Counted from the stretch's first letter, positions 38,555-47,709 are shown. The stretch: DNA of 64,000 nt from an uncultured Acidimicrobiales bacterium (GCA_963703145.1 OY969793.1:1883151-1947150); one strand, 5' to 3'. The notes: generated by a model not told the origin, from the sequence alone. A program made the numbers and translations.

Positions 38555-38562
38555 GCGGAACA

Positions 38563-39003
38563 CTAGATGGCGCTGAGCACGACCTCGATGTTGCCGCGGG
38601 TGGCGTTGCTGTAGGGACACACCTCGTGCGCTCCCTTGATCAGCGTCTCAGTGGTGGCTGCGTCTACCTCGGGGATATGGACGTCCAGCGCCACCGCCAA
38701 GCCGAACGCACCGCCCTCGATGGTCCCGATGGCAACCTTGGCCGTGACCGTGGAGCCGTCGACGCTCACCTTGTTCCGTCGGGCCACGACCTGGAGGGCA
38801 CTCTGGAAGCAGGCCGCGTACCCCGCGGCGAACAGCTCCTCGGGGTTGGTTGCCCCACCCGGGCCACCCATCGACACCGGCGGTCGGAGGTCCACGTCGA
38901 GCAGGCCATCCGCGCTGCGCACGTGGCCTTCGCGCCCACCGATGGCGGTGGCCTCGGCGGTGTACAGGGGCTTGATCAGTGCGGTCACCATGGTCGTCTC
39001 CAT
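38563..39003 (-). CDS. ohr: Organic hydroperoxide resistance protein (OsmC/Ohr family)
   Basis: PLYTAEATAIGGREGHVRS...GATNPEELFAAGYAACFQSAL and a second Cys in HEVCPYSNA. Confidence 0.85.
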   Translation of the reverse strand: METTMVTALIKPLYTAEATAIGGREGHVRSADGLLDVDLRPPVSMGGPGGATNPEELFAAGYAACFQSALQVVARRNKVSVDGSTVTAKVAIGTIEGGAFGLAVALDVHIPEVDAATTETLIKGAHEVCPYSNATRGNIEVVLSAI

Positions 39004-39073
39004 TCCTCGGGCCCAAACGCTCCCGGACTCACCAGGTGCAACCAGCGTCCGGCCCCGATTCTTCCCGCACGGG

Positions 39074-39619
39074 TCATTGGTTGGTCTTGACCGCGGCCCG
39101 CAACTGGCTCGGCGAGCTGATCGACGTGCCCAGTGTCACCGTCACCGACGACGTCACCGCGGCCGGCTCGACCTGGAGGTAGACCGACCCGCTGAGTGGG
39201 GGCACGGTGGTCGAGGTCACCGTTGTCGTCGACGTCTTGGCGAACGTCCCGCCGACCTGGGTGCCTGCCGCTCCACTGCACTTGTTGGACACCCACGCCA
39301 CCGCGCAGGTGAACAGGGTGAAGGTCGGTGAGCCGGATGCCGGTGTGGACACGGTCACCTTGTAGCTGATGGCCGACAAGGCGATCGTCCCGGTGTTGGT
39401 GACCGTCGAGGTCTGGTTCGTCGTGGTGGTGAACGTCATCGAGGTGGTGCTGGCCGTGGCCGTCCACTTCCCGCTGGTGACCGACTCGGACCCGGCGACC
39501 GAGGCTTTGGCCACCCCGGCGGCGGCGGCACCGGAGGGGAGCCCGGACGCGCCGAGCAGCAGGACTGCCGCCATGACGGCAGTCCTTCGCACGACGAGTT
39601 GCCGCTGCCCCTGTCTCAC
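39074..39619 (-). CDS. Secreted Thr/Ser-rich protein with SipW-type signal region, distant TasA-like
   Basis: GTG 39619 lies 11 nt after the upstream stop, with a GGGAGAG RBS. Signal VRQGQRQLVVRRTAVMAAVLLLGASG, followed by VAGSESVTSGKW, which parallels the GSESVSSGTL of the neighbouring genes. Ends in TNQ like them. Confidence 0.65.
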   Translation of the reverse strand: MRQGQRQLVVRRTAVMAAVLLLGASGLPSGAAAAGVAKASVAGSESVTSGKWTATASTTSMTFTTTTNQTSTVTNTGTIALSAISYKVTVSTPASGSPTFTLFTCAVAWVSNKCSGAAGTQVGGTFAKTSTTTVTSTTVPPLSGSVYLQVEPAAVTSSVTVTLGTSISSPSQLRAAVKTNQ

Positions 39620-39630
39620 GCACTCTCCCG

Positions 39631-40305
39631 CTACTGGTTGGTCGCTGCTCCGAGTCGCTGCTGCTCGGTGAAGGTGTAGGTCAAGGTGGTCGACAGTCCC
39701 TGGATGGTCGGGCTCGGGAGGACTCCGTTGGTGGACACCTCGTTGCCCACTAGGCCCAGGCTGACCTGGATGTGGGCCGCCTGTCCGGTGGCGGCGGCCA
39801 GCGCCGGGACGTTGGACAGGGCCACGGCGGTGCCGGCCGTGTTCATGGTGTTGATCTGCCGGGTGGCCAGGATCGGGGTGCTCGTCCCCGAGCACACGCC
39901 GGTGGCCAGGGTCCAGGCGACCGAGCACTGGGTGGCGGTGACGGTCAGGCCCTCACCCGCGGCGGTGCCGTTGGTCAGGGCGTTAGCCGGAGTGCCCGCC
40001 ACCCACAGGGTCATACCGGCCGCCGAGGCCAGCGTGCCGGTGTTGTTCAGGTTGACGTAGACGTTGTCCGTGTCGCCGGGAGCCATCTTGGATGCGAAGT
40101 TGCTGAACCCGGCACCGCCGGAGTCGGCCGTCAGGGTCAGATTGAGGGTCCCCGAGGAGACGGACTCCGAGCCGGTGGCCACCCCGGACAGTCCGGCGTA
40201 GACGCCGGCTGTGGTCAGGAGGCCGATGGAGGCGGCGAACAGGCCGGCCAGAACGGCGCGTCCGTGTCGTCGGTGCTTCGTGCGGGAGTGGGCGTGCTTG
40301 CTCAA
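39631..40305 (-). CDS. TasA/camelysin (M73)-like secreted protein, copy 1
   Basis: TTG start with a GGAG RBS. Basic N-region plus hydrophobic core. SSGTLNLTL and MAPGDTDNVYVNLNNTGTL parallel the B. subtilis TasA motifs ASGTLDL / NLKPGD...NNGSL. Confidence 0.75.
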   Translation of the reverse strand: MSKHAHSRTKHRRHGRAVLAGLFAASIGLLTTAGVYAGLSGVATGSESVSSGTLNLTLTADSGGAGFSNFASKMAPGDTDNVYVNLNNTGTLASAAGMTLWVAGTPANALTNGTAAGEGLTVTATQCSVAWTLATGVCSGTSTPILATRQINTMNTAGTAVALSNVPALAAATGQAAHIQVSLGLVGNEVSTNGVLPSPTIQGLSTTLTYTFTEQQRLGAATNQ

Positions 40306-40503
40306 CGTTCATGCTCCAAAAGCGGGTCGTGACCGGATCGATGCGATCCGAGGGCAGGGTCCCGGCCGGGAGGTCGGGGGTCAGGGTCCCCGCCGTGCGG
40401 GGCCCGGGTGGGGTCGACTGGTGTGGCGTGCCACGGCCAGCAGGACGACCGGAGTACCCACTCCAGCCGTCCTGCCCGCTCGATGGCCTGCCCCTCCGAT
40501 CGA

Positions 40504-41178
40504 CTACTGGTTGGTGGCCGCTCCAACTCGCTGCTGCTCGGTGAAGGTGTAGGCGAGCGTGGTCGACAGGTTCTGGATCGTCGGGCTCGGTGCCACACCG
40601 TTGGTCGACACCTCGGTGCCCACCAGGCCCAGGCTGACCTGGATGTGGGCGACCTGTCCGGTGGCGGCGGCCAGCGCCGGCACATTGGACAGGGCCACGG
40701 CGGTGCCGGCCGTGTTCATAGTGCTGATCTGAGTGGAGGCCAGGATTGGGGTGGTCGTGCCCGAGCACACGCCGGTGGCCAGGGTCCAGGCCACCGAGCA
40801 CTGGGTGGCGGTGACCGTGAGTCCCTCACCCGCGGCAGTGCCGTTGGTCAGGGCGTTGGCCGGGGTGCCGGCCACCCACAGGGTCATACCGGCCGCTGAG
40901 GCCAGCGTGCCGGTGTTGTTCAGGTTGACGTAGACGTTGTCGGTGTCCCCCGGGGCCATCTTGCCGGTGAAGTTGCTGAAGCCGGCGCCGCCGGAGTCGG
41001 CGCTGAGGGTCAGGTTCAGGGTCCCAGAGGTAACCGCTTCGGAACCGGTGGCCACCCCAGACAGTCCGGCGTAGACGCCGGCTGTGGTCAGGAGGCCGAT
41101 GGAGGCAGCGAACAGGCCGGCCACGAGGGCACGTCCGTGTCGTCTCTGCTTGGGTTGGGTGTGGCTGTGCTTGCTCAT
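40504..41178 (-). CDS. TasA/camelysin (M73)-like secreted protein, copy 2
   Basis: ATG 41178 with an AAGGAG RBS. 224 aa, with about 22 substitutions relative to copy 1 by manual alignment. Confidence 0.75.
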   Translation of the reverse strand: MSKHSHTQPKQRRHGRALVAGLFAASIGLLTTAGVYAGLSGVATGSEAVTSGTLNLTLSADSGGAGFSNFTGKMAPGDTDNVYVNLNNTGTLASAAGMTLWVAGTPANALTNGTAAGEGLTVTATQCSVAWTLATGVCSGTTTPILASTQISTMNTAGTAVALSNVPALAAATGQVAHIQVSLGLVGTEVSTNGVAPSPTIQNLSTTLAYTFTEQQRVGAATNQ

Positions 41179-41231
41179 GACTGCTCCTTGCAATGGATAT
41201 GGATGGTGATGGGTGATGCTGACGTGTTGCG

Positions 41232-41795
41232 TTACTGCGGTACTGGTGTTGCGACGCGCGCGCCTGGGACCTGTCGGCCCGGGCGCAGGATCCACCGGGT
41301 GCCGGCCACCGCCGCCAGCAGGCCCCCAAAGAGGATCAGGCCCAACTGCACCGGACCCTGCATGCCAACGAGGAGCCGCCCGGCCCACGGGATGGCCAGC
41401 ACGACTTCAGGCACGGAGGACGACGTCAACTTGGCGTGCCACGGGTCGGGGCCGGTATTGGCATCCCCCTTGGTCGTGATGACCGGGTGGTCGGACGGCC
41501 CGGCGACCGTGGTGATCCGGTGGGCGAACTCGGCGTGCTCGCCGGGCGGGGTGAACACCACGATCATCCCGGGATGCACGGCATGGACGGAGACCTCCTT
41601 GGTCACGAGGAGGGCACCCGGTCCGTAGGTGGGGCGCATGCTCCCGGTCAGCACCGGTCGGAATCCCAGATGGAGGGCGATGGTGACCAGCGCCAGACCA
41701 CAGCAAACACCGGTGGCGGCCAACAGCCCGATCGTGGACAGCGACCAGAACGCGGCACCCTTTCGGGTGTCGGACGATGGTGAAGAAACTGGCAC
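41232..41795 (-). CDS. Signal peptidase I, SipW/archaeal-ER type (S26B)
   Basis: TM helix then LTGSMRPTYGPGALLV (catalytic Ser box) and ...FAHRITTV...ITTKGDANTGPDPW. The start is uncertain: GTG 41795 has a GAAGGTGAGGGG RBS, and the ORF is open to 41963. Confidence 0.75.
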   Translation of the reverse strand: MPVSSPSSDTRKGAAFWSLSTIGLLAATGVCCGLALVTIALHLGFRPVLTGSMRPTYGPGALLVTKEVSVHAVHPGMIVVFTPPGEHAEFAHRITTVAGPSDHPVITTKGDANTGPDPWHAKLTSSSVPEVVLAIPWAGRLLVGMQGPVQLGLILFGGLLAAVAGTRWILRPGRQVPGARVATPVPQ

Positions 41796-41848
41796 CCCCT
41801 CACCTTCGGCGCGGTCCAGGGCCACCTTGAGAACTTTTGACAACCTCT

Positions 41849-41871
41849 GTTGCGCAACGTTCCTTGCGCAA
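41849..41871. promoter_or_regulatory. Two TTGCGCAA palindromes in the divergent sipW/regulator intergenic region (candidate operator)
   Basis: GTTGCGCAAC (41849-41858) and TTGCGCAA (41864-41871), centres 14 bp apart. A TTGACA hexamer lies at 41837-41842. Confidence 0.4.
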
Positions 41872-41938
41872 CACGGATTGCCGTCGTGAGACGGTCGGGA
41901 AACACGTGTTGCCGAAGCGGTGAGCGTAGGCTCGGGCC

Positions 41939-42331
41939 GTGGACCAGCCCCGGGCGATCGCATTGCAGGAGATCGAAGAATTGCTCGATTCCGCGAAGCG
42001 GCTCCGCGCCGACCTACGGGAGAAAGAGGTCGCCTACCGGCGGATGTCCCGCCAACTGGCCAATGGGACGCCGATCGGAACGGCGATGGACAATCTGGGC
42101 ACCAACGTGGCCCGCCAGCAGCTCACCGACACGTTGGACGCCTTCGAGCACAGCCGGCACCGGACCCGCCTGGCCATCACGGCCGCTGCCCTCGAGGAGG
42201 GCATGACCATCGGGGAGATCGGCCGGGCCTGGGGATTCTCACGACAGCTTGCCGCCCGGTACGCCAAGGAGGCCCGGGCCATGGCCGCCTCCCGGCGGCC
42301 GACCCGAGGGAAGCGACAGGCGGCCGGTTGA
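41939..42331 (+). CDS. Small HTH regulator (sigma-70 region-4-like C-terminus), divergent from the sipW operon
   Basis: 130 aa. C-terminal GMTIGEIGRAWGFSRQLAARYAKEA is HTH-like. Confidence 0.55.
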   Translation: MDQPRAIALQEIEELLDSAKRLRADLREKEVAYRRMSRQLANGTPIGTAMDNLGTNVARQQLTDTLDAFEHSRHRTRLAITAAALEEGMTIGEIGRAWGFSRQLAARYAKEARAMAASRRPTRGKRQAAG

Positions 42332-42448
42332 GGGGCGAAGGCCGGCCGATATCCTGGATCCGTCGGGTTGAGCATCCACCTTCCGCCGGGTGGCTGCTCC
42401 CCGGCGACCTCATGCTCATCTGCTCCGACGCCGGGGTCGACTAGTCCG

Positions 42449-43381
42449 ATGCGCGCCGTACGGAGCACTGATGCGGGAATCCGCGTCGTCCAGGCCACCG
42501 ACCCCGATCCTCACGGGGTGCGGGTCACGGTGACCAGCTCGGGAATCTGCGGATCCGATCTCCACCTGGCCTCGTTCGGGCCTTCGGCCATCACGCTCGG
42601 CCACGAGTTCTGCGGCCGGCTCGACGACGGCACTCCGGTGGCCGTCCTACCCGCCGTGTCATGCGGGAGCTGTGACCGATGCCGGTCCGGCCAGGACCAG
42701 CAGTGCGCCGAAGCCCTCGGCACCATGTACGGCATCAGTCGGGATGGTGGGCTGGCCGACGAGGTCTGGGTCAACCCCCGGTGCGCCAAGGTGGTGGAGG
42801 ACCCCCTGGCCTTCGAGCATGCCAATCTGGCCGAACCGATGGCCGTGGCCCTCCATGGCGTCAACCGCTCCGGGCTCGTAGCAGGGGCCCGTGCGCTGGT
42901 CATTGGGGCGGGGCCCATCGGCCTGTGCACCATCGCCGCCGCCCGGAGCCTGGGCGCGTCCGTCGACCTCTTGGCCCACCGGCCCCGTCGCCTGGAAGCC
43001 GGCGAGCAGCTGGGGGCCAGCACATCGGTCGGCAACGCCTACGACGTCGTGCTGGAGGCGGCCGGCACCCAGAGCTCCATGGACCGGGCCATCGAGCTGG
43101 TCCGGCCGGGGGGCACCGTGGCCATCCTCGGGAACTTCTGGGATCCCGTCTCCATCGGACTGGCCTTCCAGATGAAAGAGGCCACGTTGATCCCGTCGTT
43201 CACCTACGGCCATCATCACGGCGTCTCCGAGTTCGAAGAAGCGGTCCGGTTGCTCAGCGCCGTACCCGAACTGCCCGACGCTGTGGTCACCCACCACTTC
43301 GGCCTCGACGACGCCACCGAGGCCTTCCGCGTGTCGGGCGATCGGGCCACCGATGCCATCAAGGTCGTCGTGCACCCCTGA
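42449..43381 (+). CDS. Zinc-dependent alcohol dehydrogenase (MDR family)
   Basis: GICGSDLH, CGSCDRCRSG structural-zinc loop, and VIGAGPIGL Rossmann motif. Confidence 0.85.
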   Translation: MRAVRSTDAGIRVVQATDPDPHGVRVTVTSSGICGSDLHLASFGPSAITLGHEFCGRLDDGTPVAVLPAVSCGSCDRCRSGQDQQCAEALGTMYGISRDGGLADEVWVNPRCAKVVEDPLAFEHANLAEPMAVALHGVNRSGLVAGARALVIGAGPIGLCTIAAARSLGASVDLLAHRPRRLEAGEQLGASTSVGNAYDVVLEAAGTQSSMDRAIELVRPGGTVAILGNFWDPVSIGLAFQMKEATLIPSFTYGHHHGVSEFEEAVRLLSAVPELPDAVVTHHFGLDDATEAFRVSGDRATDAIKVVVHP

Positions 43382-43476
43382 GGGCCGAATTCACCCCCGA
43401 ATTCAACCTCTGGAGCCCATCACCGACCCGAGGCCCGGGCCTAGGGTGTGGATCCGAACGGGGCAAGGGGCGAGCA

Positions 43477-44103
43477 ATGACAGGACCGCCGCAGGGGTCC
43501 GACGCGGGCAGCTGGAGCACACGATCGGTGGCCGTAGGCGCCTACGACGGTCGCGTCGCCCGCGGTGAGCGGACCCGCACGTCGATCCTCGAGGCCACCA
43601 TCGACCTGATCCAGACCGGCACCAGCCGCCCGACGGCACGCCAGGTGGCCGATCATGCCGGTGTCTCGGTACGCGTGCTGTTCCACCACTTCGCCGACGT
43701 GGGCACGATCTTCCAGAGGGCGGCCGAGCTCCACGCGGACCGGAGCCGGACCCTCATCGGCATCATCCCGGCGCGAGGCCCCGTCGACTTCCGGGTGGCA
43801 GCCATCTGCCACCAGCGCCGCGAACTCTTCGAGGCCATCGCCCCGGTGCTCCGTGCCGCCCAGGCCAGGACCACCGCGGACCAGGATGTAGTGGTCGGCC
43901 TTCGGGGGGACCTCCGCCACCAGCTCCTGGTCGGACTGCGGCCTGAGATCGTGGCCCGAGGCAAGACCGCGCCGTTCCTCCTGGAATCGCTGGGCCTGGC
44001 CACCGGGTGGCGGAACTGGACCTCCCTGCGGTTCGACGACCAGCGATCCGCCGACCAGGCCGAACAAGTCATGGTGTACACCGCGTCCGTACTGGTCCAC
44101 TGA
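43477..44103 (+). CDS. TetR-family transcriptional regulator
   Basis: RTRTSILEATIDLIQTGTSRPTARQVADHAGVSVRVLFHHF. ATG 43477. Confidence 0.8.
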   Translation: MTGPPQGSDAGSWSTRSVAVGAYDGRVARGERTRTSILEATIDLIQTGTSRPTARQVADHAGVSVRVLFHHFADVGTIFQRAAELHADRSRTLIGIIPARGPVDFRVAAICHQRRELFEAIAPVLRAAQARTTADQDVVVGLRGDLRHQLLVGLRPEIVARGKTAPFLLESLGLATGWRNWTSLRFDDQRSADQAEQVMVYTASVLVH

Positions 44104-44141
44104 GCACCGCGCCACCTCGGGCCGGCCGGCCCGGGACCGCG

Positions 44142-44738
44142 TCAGGCCGGAGTCTCCCAAGGCGTCTCGTTGAAGCGGCGAAGGACGGGCCCGGTCGGGC
44201 CCCAGGCAATCCTCGTCACCGAGGCTGTGGCCAGATAGAGGCGCCAGGCCCCTTCATCGGGGAGCCCCAGGGACCAGCAGGTGGCGGCCTTGATCGGCGA
44301 GACATGGCTCACCACCACCACCGAGCCGGGACCGCGTGCCCCCTCCCCGTCGACGGCGAACAGCTCCTCGCAGGCCTCGCGCACCCGCACACCCACCTCG
44401 GCCAGCGACTCTCCACCGGCCGGCCGGAAGCTGGGGTCGGTCCGCCACCGGTCCCAGAGGTCAGGCGGAACGCTCCCGAGTGACCATCCGTCGTACTCGC
44501 CGTAGTCGGCCTCCACCCACCGCTCGTCGATCTCCACCGAGAGCCCGGTGCCCAGAGCCGCGGCGGTATCCCGCGCCCGCTGCAAGGGACTGGCAATGAC
44601 CCGCGAAACCTTGCCGAGGACGGGACCGATGCTTCCGACCTGGGCCATCCCCTTGTCGGTGAGGGGCACGTCCAGCCGGCCCACCAGCTGCCCGGCAGCA
44701 TTCCCTGTGGACTCACCGTGACGGACCAGGATCAGCAC
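44142..44738 (-). CDS. Histidine phosphatase family protein (phosphoglycerate-mutase-like)
   Basis: LILVRHGESTGN (RHG motif) and VVVSHVSPI. Confidence 0.8.
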   Translation of the reverse strand: MLILVRHGESTGNAAGQLVGRLDVPLTDKGMAQVGSIGPVLGKVSRVIASPLQRARDTAAALGTGLSVEIDERWVEADYGEYDGWSLGSVPPDLWDRWRTDPSFRPAGGESLAEVGVRVREACEELFAVDGEGARGPGSVVVVSHVSPIKAATCWSLGLPDEGAWRLYLATASVTRIAWGPTGPVLRRFNETPWETPA

Positions 44739-44774
44739 GGGGCGGACCAGGCAGAGGTAGCGGAGGACACCGGA

Positions 44775-45494
44775 TCAGTGGACCAGGATGCGGTCGCACT
44801 CGGGGCAGCTGGTGAGCTGGTCGGGCGGAAGACGCCGGATCCGCTCGAGCTCGACCGACGACAGGGTCAGGTGGCATCCGTCGCAATGGTCCCCCACCAG
44901 CTTGGCCGCACCTACGCCCCCGAGGCGGGAACGCAGCATCTCATAGCGCTGGGCCAGCTCCTCGGGGAGGGTGGTGGCGAGTTCGTCCCGCATCGCCACC
45001 TCAGACGCCATGGCCACTTCGATCTCGGCCTCCACCTCGACGATGGTCCGCTCCAGGCGGCCCACGTCGGCCAGCAGTGCGATCGAGGTTTGTTGCTGCT
45101 CGGCGAGGACGGCGTCGAGGGGCTCTTCTTCCTCGAGCAACACCAGCTCTTCCTCCTCGAACTGGGCCTGGCGAGCCTCGAGCTGGTGCACCTCGTGGTC
45201 CATGGCCTGGAGGTCACGCGAGGCCGAGACATCGCCGGACTGCATACGCTGCTCGATCTCGTGGCGCCGGGCCGCAGAGGACGCGATCCGCTCCTCGAGT
45301 GAGCGCTGGCGAGCAGCCAGGTCGTCCACCTGGGCCTGCACCCCGGCCATGGTCTGGGCCAACTCGGCTTGGCGGCGGTGCACCTCAGCGAGCTCGGTGC
45401 GTTCGGGCATCGCCTCCATGCGGTGGCGCAGCTGATCCAGCGTGGTGTCGTGGTGCTGCACCGCCAGCAGCGTGTCGAACGGCTCTGCCATCAC
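44775..45494 (-). CDS. DUF164/COG1579 coiled-coil protein with C4 zinc ribbon
   Basis: Long coiled-coil region followed by CDGCHLTLS...CPECDRILV. Confidence 0.75.
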   Translation of the reverse strand: MMAEPFDTLLAVQHHDTTLDQLRHRMEAMPERTELAEVHRRQAELAQTMAGVQAQVDDLAARQRSLEERIASSAARRHEIEQRMQSGDVSASRDLQAMDHEVHQLEARQAQFEEEELVLLEEEEPLDAVLAEQQQTSIALLADVGRLERTIVEVEAEIEVAMASEVAMRDELATTLPEELAQRYEMLRSRLGGVGAAKLVGDHCDGCHLTLSSVELERIRRLPPDQLTSCPECDRILVH

Positions 45495-46126
45495 GGGGTC
45501 TCGCTCTCATCCTCGGCCACCGGCATCGCCGACGGGGCCCCGATCACACTACGGGCCGTACGCAGGGCACCGGCCAGGGCCTCGTCCGCCATGCCCTGGG
45601 CGGTGTCCCAAGCGAACCACGCCACCTCCTGGCTCTCCTCGGGGCCCGGGGCGGGGTCGTCGTCCGGACCCCACACCAGATACCGCAGGTCGAGGTGGAC
45701 GTGGTCCCGTGCCGCGGCATGGACATCGACATGGACCAATACGGGACCGCTCGCCGGGTGCGACACGACCAGGCCGGTCTCCTCCAAACACTCCCGCAAC
45801 ACCGCCTCCTCGGGTACCTCACCGGCCTCCAGGTGGCCACCCGGTTGCAGCCAGCGGTGCAGGACTCGATGGCGATGGAGGATCACCCCCCGCCGACCCA
45901 CCACGATGGCCGAGGCCGTCACGTGGGTGAGGTCGTCCTCCTGGTCGAAGGGGCGCGCCAGACGGTCCAGGTCCTCCAGGATGGTCGCCTTGGCGCGCGC
46001 CTCGCGTGGGTCGGCTGCCGGATGCCGGGACACGGCGGACCGCAACCGGTCGACCCCGGCGTCGCTGTCCCCTGGCACCTGGTGACGGTGGTCAGCGGTG
46101 GCTGCCGGCCGCTCGGTCGGCTTCAC
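45491..46126 (-). CDS. NUDIX hydrolase
   Basis: Nudix box GGHLEAGEVPEEAVLRECLEETGL. The stop overlaps the downstream start. Confidence 0.8.
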   Translation of the reverse strand: MKPTERPAATADHRHQVPGDSDAGVDRLRSAVSRHPAADPREARAKATILEDLDRLARPFDQEDDLTHVTASAIVVGRRGVILHRHRVLHRWLQPGGHLEAGEVPEEAVLRECLEETGLVVSHPASGPVLVHVDVHAAARDHVHLDLRYLVWGPDDDPAPGPEESQEVAWFAWDTAQGMADEALAGALRTARSVIGAPSAMPVAEDESETP

Positions 46127-46171
46127 ACGGCACCAGGGCCGCGACCCACCGCCTGGGGGCCGGTCGGCGGC

Positions 46172-46402
46172 TCAGGCGGACTTGCGACGCTGACGGTGGA
46201 TTCGGCGACGCTCACGCTCGGTGGTGCCCCCCCAGATCCCTTCGCGTTCCCGATGGGCCAGGGCATGCTCGAGGCAGGACTCCCTGACTGCGCACTGGTC
46301 GCAGATCGTCTTGGCCTCACCGGCCTCCTCATCGGAGACCGGGTAGAACACATCTGGGTCGATGCCCCGGCAGGCTGCGTGCTTGCGCCAGGTGGCACTC
46401 AT
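46172..46402 (-). CDS. WhiB-family transcriptional regulator
   Basis: C-x-C-x2-C-x5-C cluster (ACRG...CDQCAVRESC) and GIWGGTTERERRRI. Confidence 0.9.
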   Translation of the reverse strand: MSATWRKHAACRGIDPDVFYPVSDEEAGEAKTICDQCAVRESCLEHALAHREREGIWGGTTERERRRIHRQRRKSA

Positions 46403-46785
46403 GGGAACGTCACTTCCTAGCTACGGTAGGGATTACTGGTCAGACCGCCCGAAACGGACTCCGGTGACCTGGGGAAATGCGGCCTTCCGGCAAAAAAGGG
46501 CGGAACAGCCAGTATGGCCCACGAGGGGAGGGGATGTCCACAAATCCGGGCCAGTTCTTGGGCCCGGCCGGCGCCGGACTCATCCCCTGGGACAGGATCC
46601 AGGGCCGCCCGGACGGCCCCGGTGGGGGCATCGGGCCTGTTCAGCAGGGTGGTACCGCCGCCGAGCCTAGCGCCAACCCGGGCTGGTCCCGGCCCTGTCT
46701 AGGATCAGCCGGCACCCCGCGACCGCACCGGGAGCACGTCGGACCGACGGACCGACCACCACCGCCAGATACCGAGGAGCCGTAC

Positions 46786-47709
46786 ATGTCGCCACCCACC
46801 CTGCAGGGCAAGTCAATCGTCGTCACCGGCGTGACCGGCCAAGTCGCCGAGCCGGTGGCCGTCGCCCTGGCCCGTGACAACGAGGTGGTTGGTGCGGCCC
46901 GATTCAAGGACGAGGCGGCCCGGCAACGACTGGAGGAAGCGGGGATCCGATGTGTGACCATCGACCTGCTCGCCGGTGACGTCCAGGCCCTGCCCGCCGA
47001 CGCCGACTACGTGCTCAATTTCGCCGTGGCCAAGTCCAACGACTGGGAGCAAGACCTGCGCGCCAACAGCGGAGGCCTGGCCTGGCTGATGGAACACCAT
47101 CAGAACGCCTCCGCCTTCCTGCACTGTTCGACGACCGGCGTCTACAAGCCCCTCGGCCATCACGTGTTCGCCGAGGAGGACCAGCTCGGGGACAACCACG
47201 GCGTCTGGCCGTTCCTCCGCACCTACAGCATCTGCAAGATCGCGGCAGAGGCTACGGCCCGCTGGGCCGCAGACCGATTCGAGCTCCCCACCACCATCGC
47301 CCGCCTGTCGGTCCCCTACGGCGACCGAGGTGGGTGGCCGGCCATCCACCTCGAGATGATGATCAACGGCAGCGACATCCCGGTTCACATCGACGCCCCG
47401 AGCGTCTACCACCCGCTCCACCAGGACGACATCATCGCCATGATTCCCGGCCTCCTCGGCGCGGCCGCCACACCGGCCACCACGGTCAACTGGGGCGGGG
47501 ACCAACCCGTCAGCATCGAGGAGTGGTGCGGCTACTTCGCCGAGCTCACCGGGCTGGAGGCCCGCTTCGCCCCCACCACCGACACCATCGACAGCGTCCA
47601 GATCAACCTCACCCGGATGCACGACCTGGTCGGAACGACGACGGTGGGCTGGAAGGACGGCATGCAACGACTGGTGGCCGCCCGGCACCCCGAGTTGCTG
47701 GCCCCGTAG
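46786..47709 (+). CDS. NAD-dependent epimerase/dehydratase family protein
   Basis: GAGGAG RBS before ATG 46786. IVVTGVTGQVAEPVAVAL Rossmann motif and YSICK (YxxxK). Confidence 0.75.
   Translation: MSPPTLQGKSIVVTGVTGQVAEPVAVALARDNEVVGAARFKDEAARQRLEEAGIRCVTIDLLAGDVQALPADADYVLNFAVAKSNDWEQDLRANSGGLAWLMEHHQNASAFLHCSTTGVYKPLGHHVFAEEDQLGDNHGVWPFLRTYSICKIAAEATARWAADRFELPTTIARLSVPYGDRGGWPAIHLEMMINGSDIPVHIDAPSVYHPLHQDDIIAMIPGLLGAAATPATTVNWGGDQPVSIEEWCGYFAELTGLEARFAPTTDTIDSVQINLTRMHDLVGTTTVGWKDGMQRLVAARHPELLAP

Larger units (their letters stand above)
39631..41178. repeat. Tandem gene duplication (two 675-nt copies separated by 198 nt)
   Basis: The two CDSs align end to end at nucleotide level with only scattered substitutions. 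Confidence 0.85.

Noticed and set aside
39620-39928. Extension of the third secreted-protein ORF, and the 39983-40801 / 40826-41329 ORFs across the TasA-like genes
   Set aside because: They are alternative frames of the duplicated genes with His/Arg/Pro-rich translations. The TasA-like frame has the signal peptide, family motifs and RBSs.
46403-46785. 380-bp intergenic region upstream of whiB and the epimerase as a candidate ncRNA or riboswitch
   Set aside because: No conserved riboswitch core or convincing structure was recognised. Long 5' regions are common for wbl genes.
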